From Octopus vulgaris (taxonomy: Eukaryota), in assembly GCA_951406725.2 (NCBI GenBank), contig OX597823.1, positions 26,184,001 through 26,308,000 of the forward strand: DNA of 124,000 nucleotides, in the 5' to 3' direction. Every line of letters starts with the position of its first letter. Positions within the stretch are counted from its first letter, which is position 1. The notes beneath the pieces are model-generated. The model searched no databases, was not told where the DNA came from, and saw only the letters and a list, made by a program, of their open reading frames with translations. Of this stretch, positions 27,045 through 38,864 are shown in pieces. A program made the position numbers and the translations under genes.

Positions 27045-27290
27045 GAGCCTGAGGAACTGGCACAAAGTAGATGTAGGCGTTTTTAAATCAAGGCTGGACC
27101 TCTTCCAGTTGAGTCCCAGATGAACCTACCTCACAGCAAGAAGTGCAAATGAGGGTAGCTACATCAGACTCCATTCTTCACCAAGTGCCACATATTGGCG
27201 GAGGATCTCAGTAATAACAGTGTAGCAAAACAGCGGTGCATCAGCATGTCTGCAGCTCTGAGCTGAAACTACAGAGAAAAAACAAGAAAT
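27045..27290 (+). mobile_element. Older CR1-group LINE 3' end
   Basis: Diverged match to 1700-1940 (gctggacctcttcc...cccagatgaacc...gagctgaaacta). Confidence 0.7.
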
Positions 27291-27532
27291 ATATATATAT
27301 ATATAAATACACACACACACATACACTCACACATATATATGCATATACATATAAATATACATATATATAAATGTATATACATGTAAATATACGTATACAT
27401 ATACATATGTATATACAGATACATGTATATGTATATACATATAAATATACATCTATATGTATGCATATGCATATATATGTATATAAGTATATACATATAA
27501 ATAAGTATATAAATACATATATATATACATAA

Positions 27533-27568
<36 letters not shown>

Positions 27569-28305
27569 CATCATCATCATCATCGTCGTTTAACGTCCGT
27601 TCTCCATGCTAGCATGGGTTGGACGGTTCGACCGGGGATCTGGGAAGCCAGAAGGCTGCACCAGGCTCCAGTCTTATCTGGCAGTGTTTCTACAGCTGGA
27701 TGCCCTTCCTAATGCCAACCACTCCGTGAGTGTAGTGGGTGCTTTTTACGTGCCACCTGCACAGGTGCCAGGCGAGGCTGGCAATGGCCACGGTCGGATT
27801 GGTGTATTTTATGTGCCACCGGCACGGAAGCCAGACGAGGCGGTGCTGGCATCGGCTACGAGTCGGATGGTGCTTTTTACGTACCACCAGACCAGGGATC
27901 CTGGCTGGTTCAATTCGATTTCGATTTCGCTTGCCCCAACATGTCTTCGCAAGCAAGGGGGTTGGCATGGGTGCCTGTTGTATGGTCAGATTGGTGTATT
28001 TTACGTGCCACCGGCACGGAAGCCAGTGGAGGCGGCACTGGCATCAGCCACGAGTCGGATAGTGCTTTTTACGTACCACCAGACCAGGGAACCTGGCTGG
28101 TTCGATTCGATTTCGCTTGCCCCAACATGTCTTCGCAAGCAAGGGGGTTGGCATGGGTGCCTGTCGTACAGTCAGATTTGTGTATTTTACGTGCCACCGG
28201 CACAGAAGCCAGTGGAGGCGGCGCTGGCATCGGCCACGAGTCGGATAGTGCTTTTTACGTACCACCAGACCAGGGATCCTGGCTGGTTCAATTCGATTTT
28301 GACTT
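27569..28305 (-). mobile_element. RTE 3'-UTR repeat with internal ~190-bp tandem expansion (about 2.7 units)
   Basis: (CAT)n tail at 27569; units start near 27792, 27984 and 28170; CpG-rich. Confidence 0.75.
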
Positions 28306-28344
28306 ATATATATATATATATATGTATATATGTAAATATGTATT

Positions 28345-28377
<33 letters not shown>

Positions 28378-28380
28378 AAG

Positions 28381-28635
28381 GGTAAAGACCCCCTTCGGTC
28401 ATGAATGACCATGGGATTGCACCTAGAAAGTTACCCTCCTAGACACAAGTCCGGGCAAGGTTGTTTATAGAAGACCAGCAGTCGCCCATGCATACCAGCC
28501 TCCCCTCTCCACGCCACCAGTGTTACCCAAGGGAAAGACAAAGGTCGATACAGCTTGGCACCAGTGACGTCGCAACTCATATCTACAGCTGAGTGAACTG
28601 GAGCAACGTGAAATAAAGTGCCTTGCTCAAGAACA
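28381..28635 (-). mobile_element. SINE sharing the S3 core but with a different tail (S4)
   Basis: Core gttgctccagttcactcagctg plus tail ggtcattcatgaccgaaggggtctttacc; tail also present at 52150-52306 (+). Confidence 0.65.
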
Positions 28636-28669
28636 CATATGTATGTATATTCATATATATACATACATA

Positions 28670-28710
<41 letters not shown>

Positions 28711-28711
28711 A

Positions 28712-30075
28712 TACTAGCAGTATCGCCCGGCGTTGCTCGGGTTGTAAGGGAAATAACTATATAAGCATTTTTAGAGAGTTATAGCCAAAAAGTAGCAAAA
28801 AAATGCATTAAAAATTGAAAAAAAATTAAGGTAAATTTTTCTTTAAATCGTTCACACATCGTAGATATTTTTAGAGAGTTACTTCCCTTATATAAAAGCG
28901 AAAAAAATGCATTAAAATGGAAAAAATGATGGTAATTTTTTTTTAAATCGTAGACTCATCGTAGACGCGCGCTAATACCCAGAAGGGCTCGTTTGTTATT
29001 CTGGGTAACTTTCTGTAAAATTAACAAAAATTTTGTTCAAACAACGCTATAGAAAATGGGTTATTAGCTAATATTCAATTGGGTATACAACAAAATTTTA
29101 CGATAGAATTTGTTATACTGGGTAAAATTATTAAAATTTTGTTCAAACATCGCTATAGAAAATGGGTTATTAGCTAATATTCAATTGGGTATACAACAAT
29201 ATTTTACGATAGAATTTGTTATTCTGGGTAACTTTCTGTAAAATTATTAAAATTTTGTTCAAACATCGCTATAGAAAATGGGTTATTAGCTAATATTCAA
29301 TTGGGTATACAACAAAATTTTACGATAGAATTTGTTATTCTGGGTAACTTTCTGTAAAATTATTAAAATTTTGTTCAAACATCGCTATAGAAAATGGGTT
29401 ATTAGCTAATATTCAATTGGGTATACAACAAAATTTTACAATAGAATTTGTTATTCTGGGTAACTTTCTGATACCCATAATAATATTTATGGCAAAATAG
29501 GCCTTAATTTCATTTAAGGTTGTGAGAAATAACAAACTATCCTTTCTTTCGGTTTGTTTACGTTTAGCGTAATGATTTCAAATAGGCTCATTCGAAAAAG
29601 TAAATAGAAATAGTCTAAGGCTTTACTCTTCTGGGAAAGTCTGTGGCTTGGTCCAGTTTCTTCAGAAAACTCACTGAAAGAAACAGTTTTTAAATTTTCA
29701 CTCCATTCAGGTACCAATTCGTTTTCTTTATCGCTGTCGGATTCACTGTTTTCACTTTAATAGCTGCAAACTTGCAAAGACAAAGGAGGAGAAGGGTGAT
29801 AGCGTCAGTGAAACAATTCGCTCCCTTTGTGTGTGTGTGCGTTTGCGTGTGGTGTAAACCAGACTAAGAAAAGCATTTGACACACACACCAGAACGTGAG
29901 TTTTCTGTAAATTTTGCTTAATTGGAGTTTAAATTTTAAAAACTGGAGCTGGCATGACGCGATGCATTGTACTCTTAAAAATGCCAGGTAAATTGTAATT
30001 GAAGAAATCCTATATTGTAGATTTGTATAACTCCCAAAGGGAGGCAGATAAAATCTGCCTTTTATAATAAGAGAT
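28712..30075 (+). mobile_element. Helentron/HINE-like non-autonomous element with internal minisatellite
   Basis: Starts tactagcag..cccggcgttgctcggg and ends ctgccttttataataagagat; central 116-bp tandem array. Confidence 0.55.
28992..29470. repeat. 116-bp minisatellite, about 4.2 near-identical units
   Basis: Units start at ~28992, 29109, 29215, 29331 and 29447; the second unit has a ~10-nt deletion. Confidence 0.9.
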
Positions 30076-30149
30076 ATATACACACACACATATATATTTA
30101 TATATACATACTTAAATGTACATACCTACAAATATATGTATATATGCAT

Positions 30150-30720
30150 GCATATATGGGTACAGGACATCAAAACGTTGGAGACAATGAGAAATGAGAC
30201 ATGCAACATAAAGAATATTCCCCTTCAGAAGTTGTCCCTGTTTCATCTACTCCACGTTTCAAAGGCAAGGACAATGCACGACTTCGTTGAAACAGTCCTT
30301 CCTGCAAAGCAAATTAAATAAAATTTGGGATTTTTTGCTGAGGGTGAAAGTGGTAACAAGAACAGGACAGTGAGAACAAGACAGCAAAAACAAATGGTGA
30401 GAGCTGTGAAGCCAAGATGATAGGAAAATTATTATGAATACTAGGAAGGTGAGCTTATGAGAGGGAGACAGGTATAGGCACGTGTTGTCTTAAGGAAGGA
30501 AATGAGCAGAAAGATAGATTCCCTTTCGTCGCGTTTCGGTGACGAGAGAATCAAGGAGAAGAGTGAGAGAGAGGGAGTGGTGAAGAGAAGAGAAGAATAG
30601 GGAAGGGTGGGAGAGAAAACCAGAAAGAATGAAGGACGAGGAGAGAGATAGAAGAGCGCGCATCGTAATTATTAAGGTAAAACTTTCTTGGAAAAAGATG
30701 CATGGCGTTCAGTCATAATC
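30150..30720. repeat. Unclassified repeat (family B), related to family A; another copy at 92755-93135
   Basis: Shares aaattaaataaaatttgggat and gcgcatc..aattattaag.taaaactt..ttggaa..gatgcatggc.ttca with family A. Confidence 0.65.
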
Positions 30721-31584
30721 TGTATATATAAAAGGCAGGATGTGTGTGTGTACGTGGATGTAGTTTATGCACATCCACAAATTAGCATGCATGTCGCTCA
30801 AATTTTAGGAGGACATTCATCACGATCCTAGCTGTATTTTCGTCAAATTATTTTCCCCCGAGGCACCAAGCGAATAGCAGTAAAAATAATTTTGAACCAT
30901 AACTTCTAACAATTTTCAAGTCGGAGTAATACACCATCATTTGCAAATATGAGTTAAGTCCCCTTCTTTGGACGGTGTAAAGAGATGGAGAGAAAGAGAG
31001 AGAGAGATAACAGATTTTATAAATTTCGCCTTTTTAGTGAGTGATTGACAGGCAAAAACAGACACACAGGGGTTGTTATGTATGTATGTGTGAATGGCTT
31101 CAGTCACATACACACACACACGCACGAACATGTATACGTACAAAACATCTATGCAATGTTCGTGTGTGTGTTGTCCGTATATATATACACACACACATAA
31201 TATAGACGATATTCTCTGTTTCTCCACAACTAATTTCCAAATTAGAGGAATCCGTTGCTTTACTCATATTGACATATAGCTGGTTGTGCATGAACATGGG
31301 AAAGAGCAGAAGTTACCAGAGCAAAAATCCTAAGTGTTGACTGTAAACAATGTTTCGAAACTGTTTGTTTTCAAAAGGAGAGATCTGACTCTCACATCTC
31401 TGCGGGAGAAGGTAGGCTTCTCTATTCCTCTTACAAAACTTACATCTGGGTGTCAAATTTGCTTCAATTGATGGTATTACTCAGGTAGGGTTGGTGGTGG
31501 GACACAAGCAGGGGCAAGGGCGTACAAAAAACATGTATGCAATAGGTGTATGTACGTATATGTTTTTGTGTGTGTGTGTGTTGC

Positions 31585-31620
<36 letters not shown>

Positions 31621-31860
31621 TTAGTTGTGATCTGAACATAACCGCCTCTCACAGCGGATTGGGGGCCCTTTTGGGCGTTCTATTTTCCTTGCTGGAAGGG
31701 TTCCCAACCCATGGGCAAATGGGGGGGGGGGGTTATTTTCAAAAGGGTTGGCATATGTAACCTGATCACCTCTGCCGATCAAATAACCAACCCATGCGTG
31801 ACACTGATTAGCTTATAATCCTAACTTTATCCCGAGCAAAGCCGGGCTACACTGCTAGTA
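30718..31860 (-). mobile_element. Second HINE-like element, opposite orientation
   Basis: cccgagcaaagccgggctacactgctagta at 31831-31860 and atatataaaaggcaggatgtgtg at ~30724 mirror the termini of 28712-30075. Confidence 0.5.
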
Positions 31861-31899
31861 ATATAAATAATATATAAATATGTATAAACATATAAATAC

Positions 31900-31952
<53 letters not shown>

Positions 31953-31955
<3 letters not shown>

Positions 31956-32466
31956 CAAACTGGGACAAGAACGCGAAACATTTTGATTACGATACAAAAA
32001 ACACGGACGGGACATTCGAAGCCTTCAATTTTCAGTCAAGAACTGGATCATCCTCGCAATTTTGGCTGATTAATCTTGAGATTGTTCCAATCTTGTCAGC
32101 CCAAGAGAACAAAGTGTACGTATGCGGCTATATATATATATATATATGTATGTATCAAAATAAAATACAAAATGAGACAAGAATGCAAAACATCTGGACA
32201 ACTAGATGACACAAAAAGGGACAACAAAACATCCAGACAGACGACACAAAAAAACAAGGACGGGTCATTTGAAACCTTTTATCTTCAGTCAAGAACTGGA
32301 TCATCCTCGCAATTTCAGCTGGATGATCTGGTTCTTGACTGAACATAAAAGGCTTCGATTGACCCGTCCTTGTTTTTTTGTGTCGTCTGTCTGGATGTTT
32401 TGTTGTTGCTGTTTGTGTCACCTAGCTGTCCGGATGTTTTGCGTTCTTGTCCCATTTTGTATTTTA
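31953..32466. repeat. Unclassified repeat (family C) as tandem plus head-to-head dimer; single copies at 33995-34128 and 94405-94535
   Basis: Motif ttcagtcaagaactggatcatcctcgcaattt; inverted arms at 32161-32306 and 32321-32466. Confidence 0.75.
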
Positions 32467-33616
32467 TATGTTGTGCTGCACACAGGCCTACGATGCCACC
32501 ACGGGTCCTCACACAAACGGCCCACAGTTTGCTGGCCCAAAGAAGCTCGCGTGTGACAACGTTCAGTAAATCAGAAACCCACTCTGGACGGTGAAGCAGC
32601 GAAACATAGCCAGTAGAGCCAACAACAACAAAAATAACACACACAAGCGTTACGTAGTCAAAGTACATTTTTTTTTTAGCAGAACATTCAACAATGGTTA
32701 ACGAATCATTCAACAACTTTGGAAAGTTCTTTTTCCCTTTCCTTAGTTCCCTTTAAAGAAAACACATTTAACATTTAACAACACAAAGTTCTTTTTCTTT
32801 TTTCCTTTTTTAAACTCAAAGTTCGTTTCTCAAAACATTTAACACAGTCCTATCTCTTCTTTCTTTTCTTTTTTTTTTCTTTTCCCTTCTTTTAAAAGCA
32901 GTTAACAACTCAGTTCTTTTTTTCCTTTCTTTTCTTTTAAATAATCACATTTAACAACAAAGTTCTTTTTTTTTTCTTCTTTTCAAACAGTTAACGTCGC
33001 AAAGCATTTCTCAACATTTAACACCACAAAGTTTTTCTTTTCTTTCTTGAAACATTCAACAACACAAAGTTTTCTTTTTTTTTCTTAGAACATTTAACAA
33101 CACAAAGTTTTCTCCTTTTTTTAAAAACATTTAACATCAAAGTTTGTTCCCTTTAAAACATACAAAAACATTTACCGGTTAACATTTTACGGCAGTATCC
33201 CACTACATCACTTGCCTGGTCATTCAGTTGGCCGTCTTTCGCTCCATGTATCTCTCTCTGCCCCCTGTCTGTCTCTGTCAGACCACGTCTGCCCTTTGTC
33301 CCGTCTTTCTCTGACTGCCCGGCAACTCAGTGCTACCCATATATATGAGGCCGTCCAGCCAGAAAGAGAGGCATACCGTACGGAACAGTGCGTATTTCCC
33401 TTCCCAAAACTTTGTCTTCTTTAAACTCTCTGTGACCGTAGAGGGCCAGAGGTCAAGTGTGTACGGCCATAAACAACCGTGCTCCTTGACAGGACAAAGG
33501 AAATACCACTGACCTGAACAACTGGAACACCGTTTTGATCCCAGCTAATGGAAAAAGGGACATAATGTTTTTTTTGTTCGTCTTCATTTTTTTTTTGCGT
33601 TCGTATCAATACACAA

Positions 33617-33647
<31 letters not shown>

Positions 33648-33666
33648 TATATATATATATATATTC

Positions 33667-33978
33667 ATTTCATTTTATCTAGTTTCAGCTCACGAGCTGT
33701 GGCAATGCTGGGGCACTGCCATTCGGTGTTGCTACATGATTTTACTTCACGAATGCTTTTTAGCAATTGACATTTGGTGCATGAGAGAGTTTGATGCAGC
33801 TGCTCTCATCTGCACCTCCTGCCGTGAAGTTGGTTCATCTGGGACACCTGACAGGAAGAGGTCCAACTTTATTTTAAAGACATCTGCATCCACCCCATGC
33901 AGGTCTCTCAGGTCCTTCGGGAGGATATTGAAGAGCTGTGGACCTCTGAAGCCCAGGCTATCACAGTATCTTGTCCTA
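33667..33978 (-). mobile_element. Short 3' fragment of the same CR1-group LINE, inserted at (TA)n
   Basis: Reverse complement is nearly identical to ~1635-1940 (RTRYCDSLGFRGPQLFNILPKDLRDLHGVDADVFKIKLDLFLSGVPDEP). Confidence 0.85.
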
Positions 33979-34129
33979 TATATATATATATATATATACA
34001 GCCGAAATTGCGAGGATGATCTGGTTCTTGACTGAAGATTGAAGGCTTCAAATGTCCCATCCTTGTTTTTTGTATCGTCTCTTCTAAATGTTTTGCGTTC
34101 TTGTCCCAGTTTGTATTTTTTTACACATA

Positions 34130-34530
34130 TCATCATCATCATCATCGTTTAACGTCCGTTTTCCGCGCTAGCACGGGTTGGACGGTTCGACCGGGGTCTG
34201 GGAAGCCAGGGGCCGCTCCAGGCTCCAGTCTGATCTGGTAGAGTTTCTACGGCTGGATGCCCTTCCTAACGCCAACCACTCCGTGAGTGGAGTGGGTGCT
34301 TTTTACGTGCCACCTGCACAGGGGCCGGGGGGTCCAGCATCAGTCACGATCGGTTCGAGCTTTTAACGTGCCAGCGGCACGGGGGCAATGGGATCCGGGG
34401 TACTTTGAATGGGTAGGGGCTATGTGGAATTGCTGCAGAAAGCAGCCCGGGTCTTTGCAGTCACAGCATATCTCCAGAGATCTCGGTCCTTCGCCATTGC
34501 CTCAGTGAGGCCCAATGCTCTGAGGTCATA
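34130..34530 (-). mobile_element. Young, heavily 5'-truncated RTE LINE 3' end inserted in (TA)n
   Basis: [22 protein letters not shown] (RTE C-terminus) runs into the ggcatccagccgtagaaac...ggacgttaaacg(ATG)n 3' UTR; CpGs largely intact. Confidence 0.8.
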
Positions 34531-35822
34531 TATATATATATATATATTTATGTACACACACATATATATATATACACATATATATATATGTACATATATA
34601 TATATATCTACATACAAATATATGTACACATATGGGCATATACACAAACACACACACACAGACATTTTGATAGGTTTCGGCCAGTGTTGGCCCAGGCCAT
34701 GTCTAATTTGAGCAAAGTCATTCGGATCAGGATTCAGACAACCTGGCTCACTCAAGTAGAGTTATTGTTTACAGAGACATATCCGTGTGTAGGAGGCCTA
34801 TCCAGGATGTTTTGAAGGAATTTGTTCAAAGACTTCTTGAACTTTATGGTGTCTTTTTCTCCTTTAATGTGTATTGGTGTAATGTTAAACAAAGTGGGGC
34901 AAATTGAGGTGAAATAATTGTGCTGTATTGTTCTTATGAGATGCGAGTGTGATTTATGTTGTGGGCAGGTAGCATGGGGCCCAATTCTTGGGTGATGCCA
35001 ACATCATTTGGGCAAAGCTGACAGAATATATTCAACATCAATCAGATGATGTAGTGCTCATGGTGATGTTGACGCGAATAAAGCTTGAGCTTTTCTAGTC
35101 AACCCCAAAAGTCAAGCCCTGTCATGTCATGTATTTTTTTTAATTGACCTTTGAGATGCTTCAACTTTCATGATACTTTGTTTCATGTAGGGATACCAGT
35201 ATGGACAACAGTATTCAAGGTGGGGTCGGGCAAAAGTGGAGAAGAGAAGGATAATGGTGTGGATATTTCTTGATTGGAAAGTTCTGAGAATCTAGTAACA
35301 CATTCTGTGGGCCATGTCAACTTTGCTGTTTATATGAATGGCCCAGCTTACGTTGTTGTCCACAATTACTCCCAAGTCCCCGATGTAGTTGGATGCCATG
35401 AGAGTTTTACCTGAAAGAAGGGAGTATGGGAGTTTTAGGGTATCTTCTTTTTGAAGTAGCTTAACTCAAAGTTGTCCTCGTTCAGCAACATATTGTTCTT
35501 TTCTGCTCATTGGATGACAGCCAATAGATCTCTCTCACTCACACACACACACACATACAGAGTCATTTTTGTTAATTTTCTTCCTCTTTGTGTAAAATCA
35601 TTTATTAAAAGCAGAAATAATAAAATGTTTACTTTATTTGAAAATTTACTGTGACCACTAGCATTTCCCCCTAAAATGTTATGGTTCTCATCATCTAGTT
35701 GATACTTGCTTGTTTAATACATGGCAGTTAAATTTATTATATATTATTTTTAGGAACTAGTTCTTTGAACTATGTTTGTAGAGCAAACAATATTTCTGAT
35801 AACATAAATGTGTTTTACACGT

Positions 35823-35901
<79 letters not shown>

Positions 35902-37804
35902 AAAGGCAAGATTTGATGAAACTTCAAAGTTACTGTCACATTTGAAAAAAAATTATATCTAACTCTACTCATTGAATTCTTTTTTTCAGTTAATAGGTTT
36001 TGTTTTGTTTTGTTTTTATGTATATATTTTTCACTTTCCGTGTTGGGGGGTATTGCACTAATAAGCTAAGAGAAATTATGGTGATGATATACAGGTGCAA
36101 GTATATAGTAAGAATTTTACTTCCCGGCCACATAGTTCCAGGTTCAATCACATTGCGTGGCACCTTGGGCAAGTGTCTTCTACAATATAGCCTTGGGCCG
36201 GCTAAAGTCTTGTCAATAGACAGAAATTTGGTAGACGGAAACTGAAAGAAGTCCATCGAATGTGTGTGTGTCTGTTGATCTATCTAATCTATTAGTGTCT
36301 GTTTGTACCCCACCACTGCTTGACAATCAGTGTTGGTGTGTTTACATCCCCATAACTTAGCGGTTTGATGAAAGGAAAAGAGACCAAGGGAATAAATACC
36401 AAATTTGAAAAAAAAAAGTCCTGGGTTGATTTGTTTGAGTAAAATTCTTCAAGGTAGTGCCCCAGAATGGCAGCAGTCTAATGACTGAAACAAAAGATAA
36501 AATATGTCTGTATAAATATATTTTACCTTTGTTCATCTGCAATTGTTGTCTTTTCTACTTTCTCTCTCTTTTGGTCACATTGCTCTGAGCAAGCAGAGAC
36601 TATAGAGCAGTAAAAAGTTTTGTGTCTTGCAAGGTACAAAACAATCTCACTCGTGCTGGTGCTTTGATAAAATATATGTCTGCAGCACTCTGTAAAGTGG
36701 TTGGTATTAGAAAGGGCATACAGCTATAGAAACCATGCCAAAACTAGGATATACAAACAAGGTCCAGCCCGCAACCTTTCTAAGAATAACTCTGAATAAA
36801 CCTGACTTGGTCAGTGGTGACCCATCCAACCCATGCCAGCACAAAAAGCGGATCTAAATTGATGACAACGATGATGATGATATATATATATATATATAAA
36901 CTTCACTACTTAAAGAGGTATATTTTTTTAAAGGTTTATTAAATCTGAGTTATAATTTCTATAACATTGAAGTATTTCTTAATTTTAAATTATTCACAAT
37001 TTAATTTAATTTGAATTGCAATGTATTGAGAAATGCATTATATCTGTTGGGGAGTTAGCATGTGCTTTTAGTTTGGGTAGTTATTATTATTAGTGTTACA
37101 CACATACAAACTCTACCTAGTGCAAGGTGTGTGTATCCTGTTAACATTGATAACAGACTAGTTATTTTAGCCAGTGACAAAATAGGTCTTATTACTTATT
37201 ATTTGGAAAAGGAAGGATATGTCATTCATTTTTTGTGCTTATTTTATTTTTATAGATGAATTATTTATCTGCTAATTTTATTACTAACATAGAAATTTAC
37301 TTTTAAATTTGATAATTCCAATTAAGATGTATATATATATCTGGGTCTGTTGCTCTTTTCTGTCTGAAATTGGTACTCAGTTAAATGAATGTAATTCTTC
37401 AGGCGGTATTATGGAAATGTGAAAGGTAGAAGATACTAAGTCCATAAGACCACCACTCATCATCATTATTATAATTTTAACATTCACTTTTCCATGTTGG
37501 CATGGGTCAGATGAGATTTATCGAGACAGTGGTCCAACAGCTGGATGCTCTTCTTGTAATCAGCCCTTATTTGTTTCCAAGTAGTGTACTATTTCCTGTG
37601 AACAGCTAAATGACTGGATATATTTTTACAGGAGATATAAACACAGCAACACTGCTTTAATGTAGTGTGCAAACATCACAAGGGGAGGGCCTAGTCAACC
37701 ATGTAGTTAATCAGGAAGGTGTTATAAACAATAACTGGTGTAGCTGCAAAGTAAAGGTGATGCTTTATATAGATTTCCAGAAGGCTGGACAAAGTTATGA
37801 AATA

Positions 37805-37953
37805 CAGTTCTATATTTAAGAGATGAGGAATTATGTACATTATTGACATTTTGAACCTGGGTTCTCATTCCTAAGGTTATTTGTCGATGTTGTTGTTTGG
37901 CTTGGAATCTTGGGGTTAGTAGCCTGCACTCTTAACCACTACGCTATATGCCC
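37805..37953 (-). mobile_element. Internally deleted copy of the tRNA-headed element, directly after the Penelope ORF
   Basis: Same head (gcgtagtggttaagagtgcaggctactaaccccaagattcc) and tail (ccttaggaatgagaacccagg...aatgtacataattcctcatctcttaaatatagaact). The hammerhead segment is missing. Confidence 0.75.
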
Positions 37954-37982
37954 ATGGGCAATTATGGAGTGAGTTTTAGGGC

Positions 37983-38560
37983 TTATAAATCAAATATTTT
38001 CCTATTCTTCTTTGATACCGGTTCCCATATGCTACTCGTATCTACACTCAGTTTGCTTAGGGGGTTGTTGTGTCCTAGCATATGTGCTGCTGCTTTTAGT
38101 TGTATTTTTTAGTGGTGGTCTCTGTCTATTATTTTAACTTCATCCCACAGGGGGAGGTGGTCTCCATTTTACCATACATGATCAGCTATACCCGATTTAT
38201 GAATATCTCCCCATGTCACAGCTTTGCGATGTTCCTCTACCTTTATTTTGAAGGGGCGGCATGTTTTGCCTTTGTATAACCTACTACAGCTGCATGGGAT
38301 GGAGTACACACAGTCTTTGGTCATATTCTCTTCTATTGGTGGTTTTACTCGAAGAAGATATTTGCGAAGTGTTGTATTACTCTTGAATACTCTCCTGATG
38401 TCATATAAGCCACATATCTTTTGTATCTTTTTGGAGAGGCATGTTTTAGGCACTGAGCAATCCCACTCTTTATGGATGGGGGGACCTGAAGTTGAGGTAT
38501 TGTCCAATGAAGGGTGGCTTGCGGTATACGGATGTCCTGAATCCATACTTGGTGTGTGTT
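37983..38560 (-). mobile_element. Penelope-like element: GIY-YIG endonuclease C-terminal fragment
   Basis: CVYSIPCSCSRLYKGKTCRPFKIKVEEHRKAV..GDIHKSGIADHVW...WDEVKIIDR... matches the PLE GIY-YIG pattern (VYxIPCxCxxxYxGxTxR...EH...SxIAxH). Stop codon at 37983-37985. Confidence 0.85.
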
Positions 38561-38864
38561 ATTAATACGTCCAGGAATGCTAGCTGATTGTCTTTTTTTT
38601 TGTAAATAATGTAAAGTTATGAAAGTTACAAAAAACCTTATTGCCTAATATAATTAGGTTAAATGAGATGCAGTTTGGTTTATGTGCCAGGGAGTAAGGC
38701 AGTTGCAGGAGAAATGTTCAACAAAAAATAAGCTGTTATACTTGGCAACTGCCAGATTGGAAAAAGCCTTAAACAGGGTCCATCATTCATCTGGTGGTTT
38801 CTGAGGAAGCTGAGGGTAGACGAATGGGTTTTGAGAGCCATACAAGCCATTTAAAGGAGTGCTA

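Noticed and set aside
27606-28385. 259-aa repetitive ORF
   Set aside because: It is the antisense reading of a tandemly expanded RTE 3' UTR, not a gene.
28992-29470. Regular repeat array resembling CRISPR
   Set aside because: These are contiguous 116-bp units with no unique spacers, in a eukaryotic TE with no cas genes.
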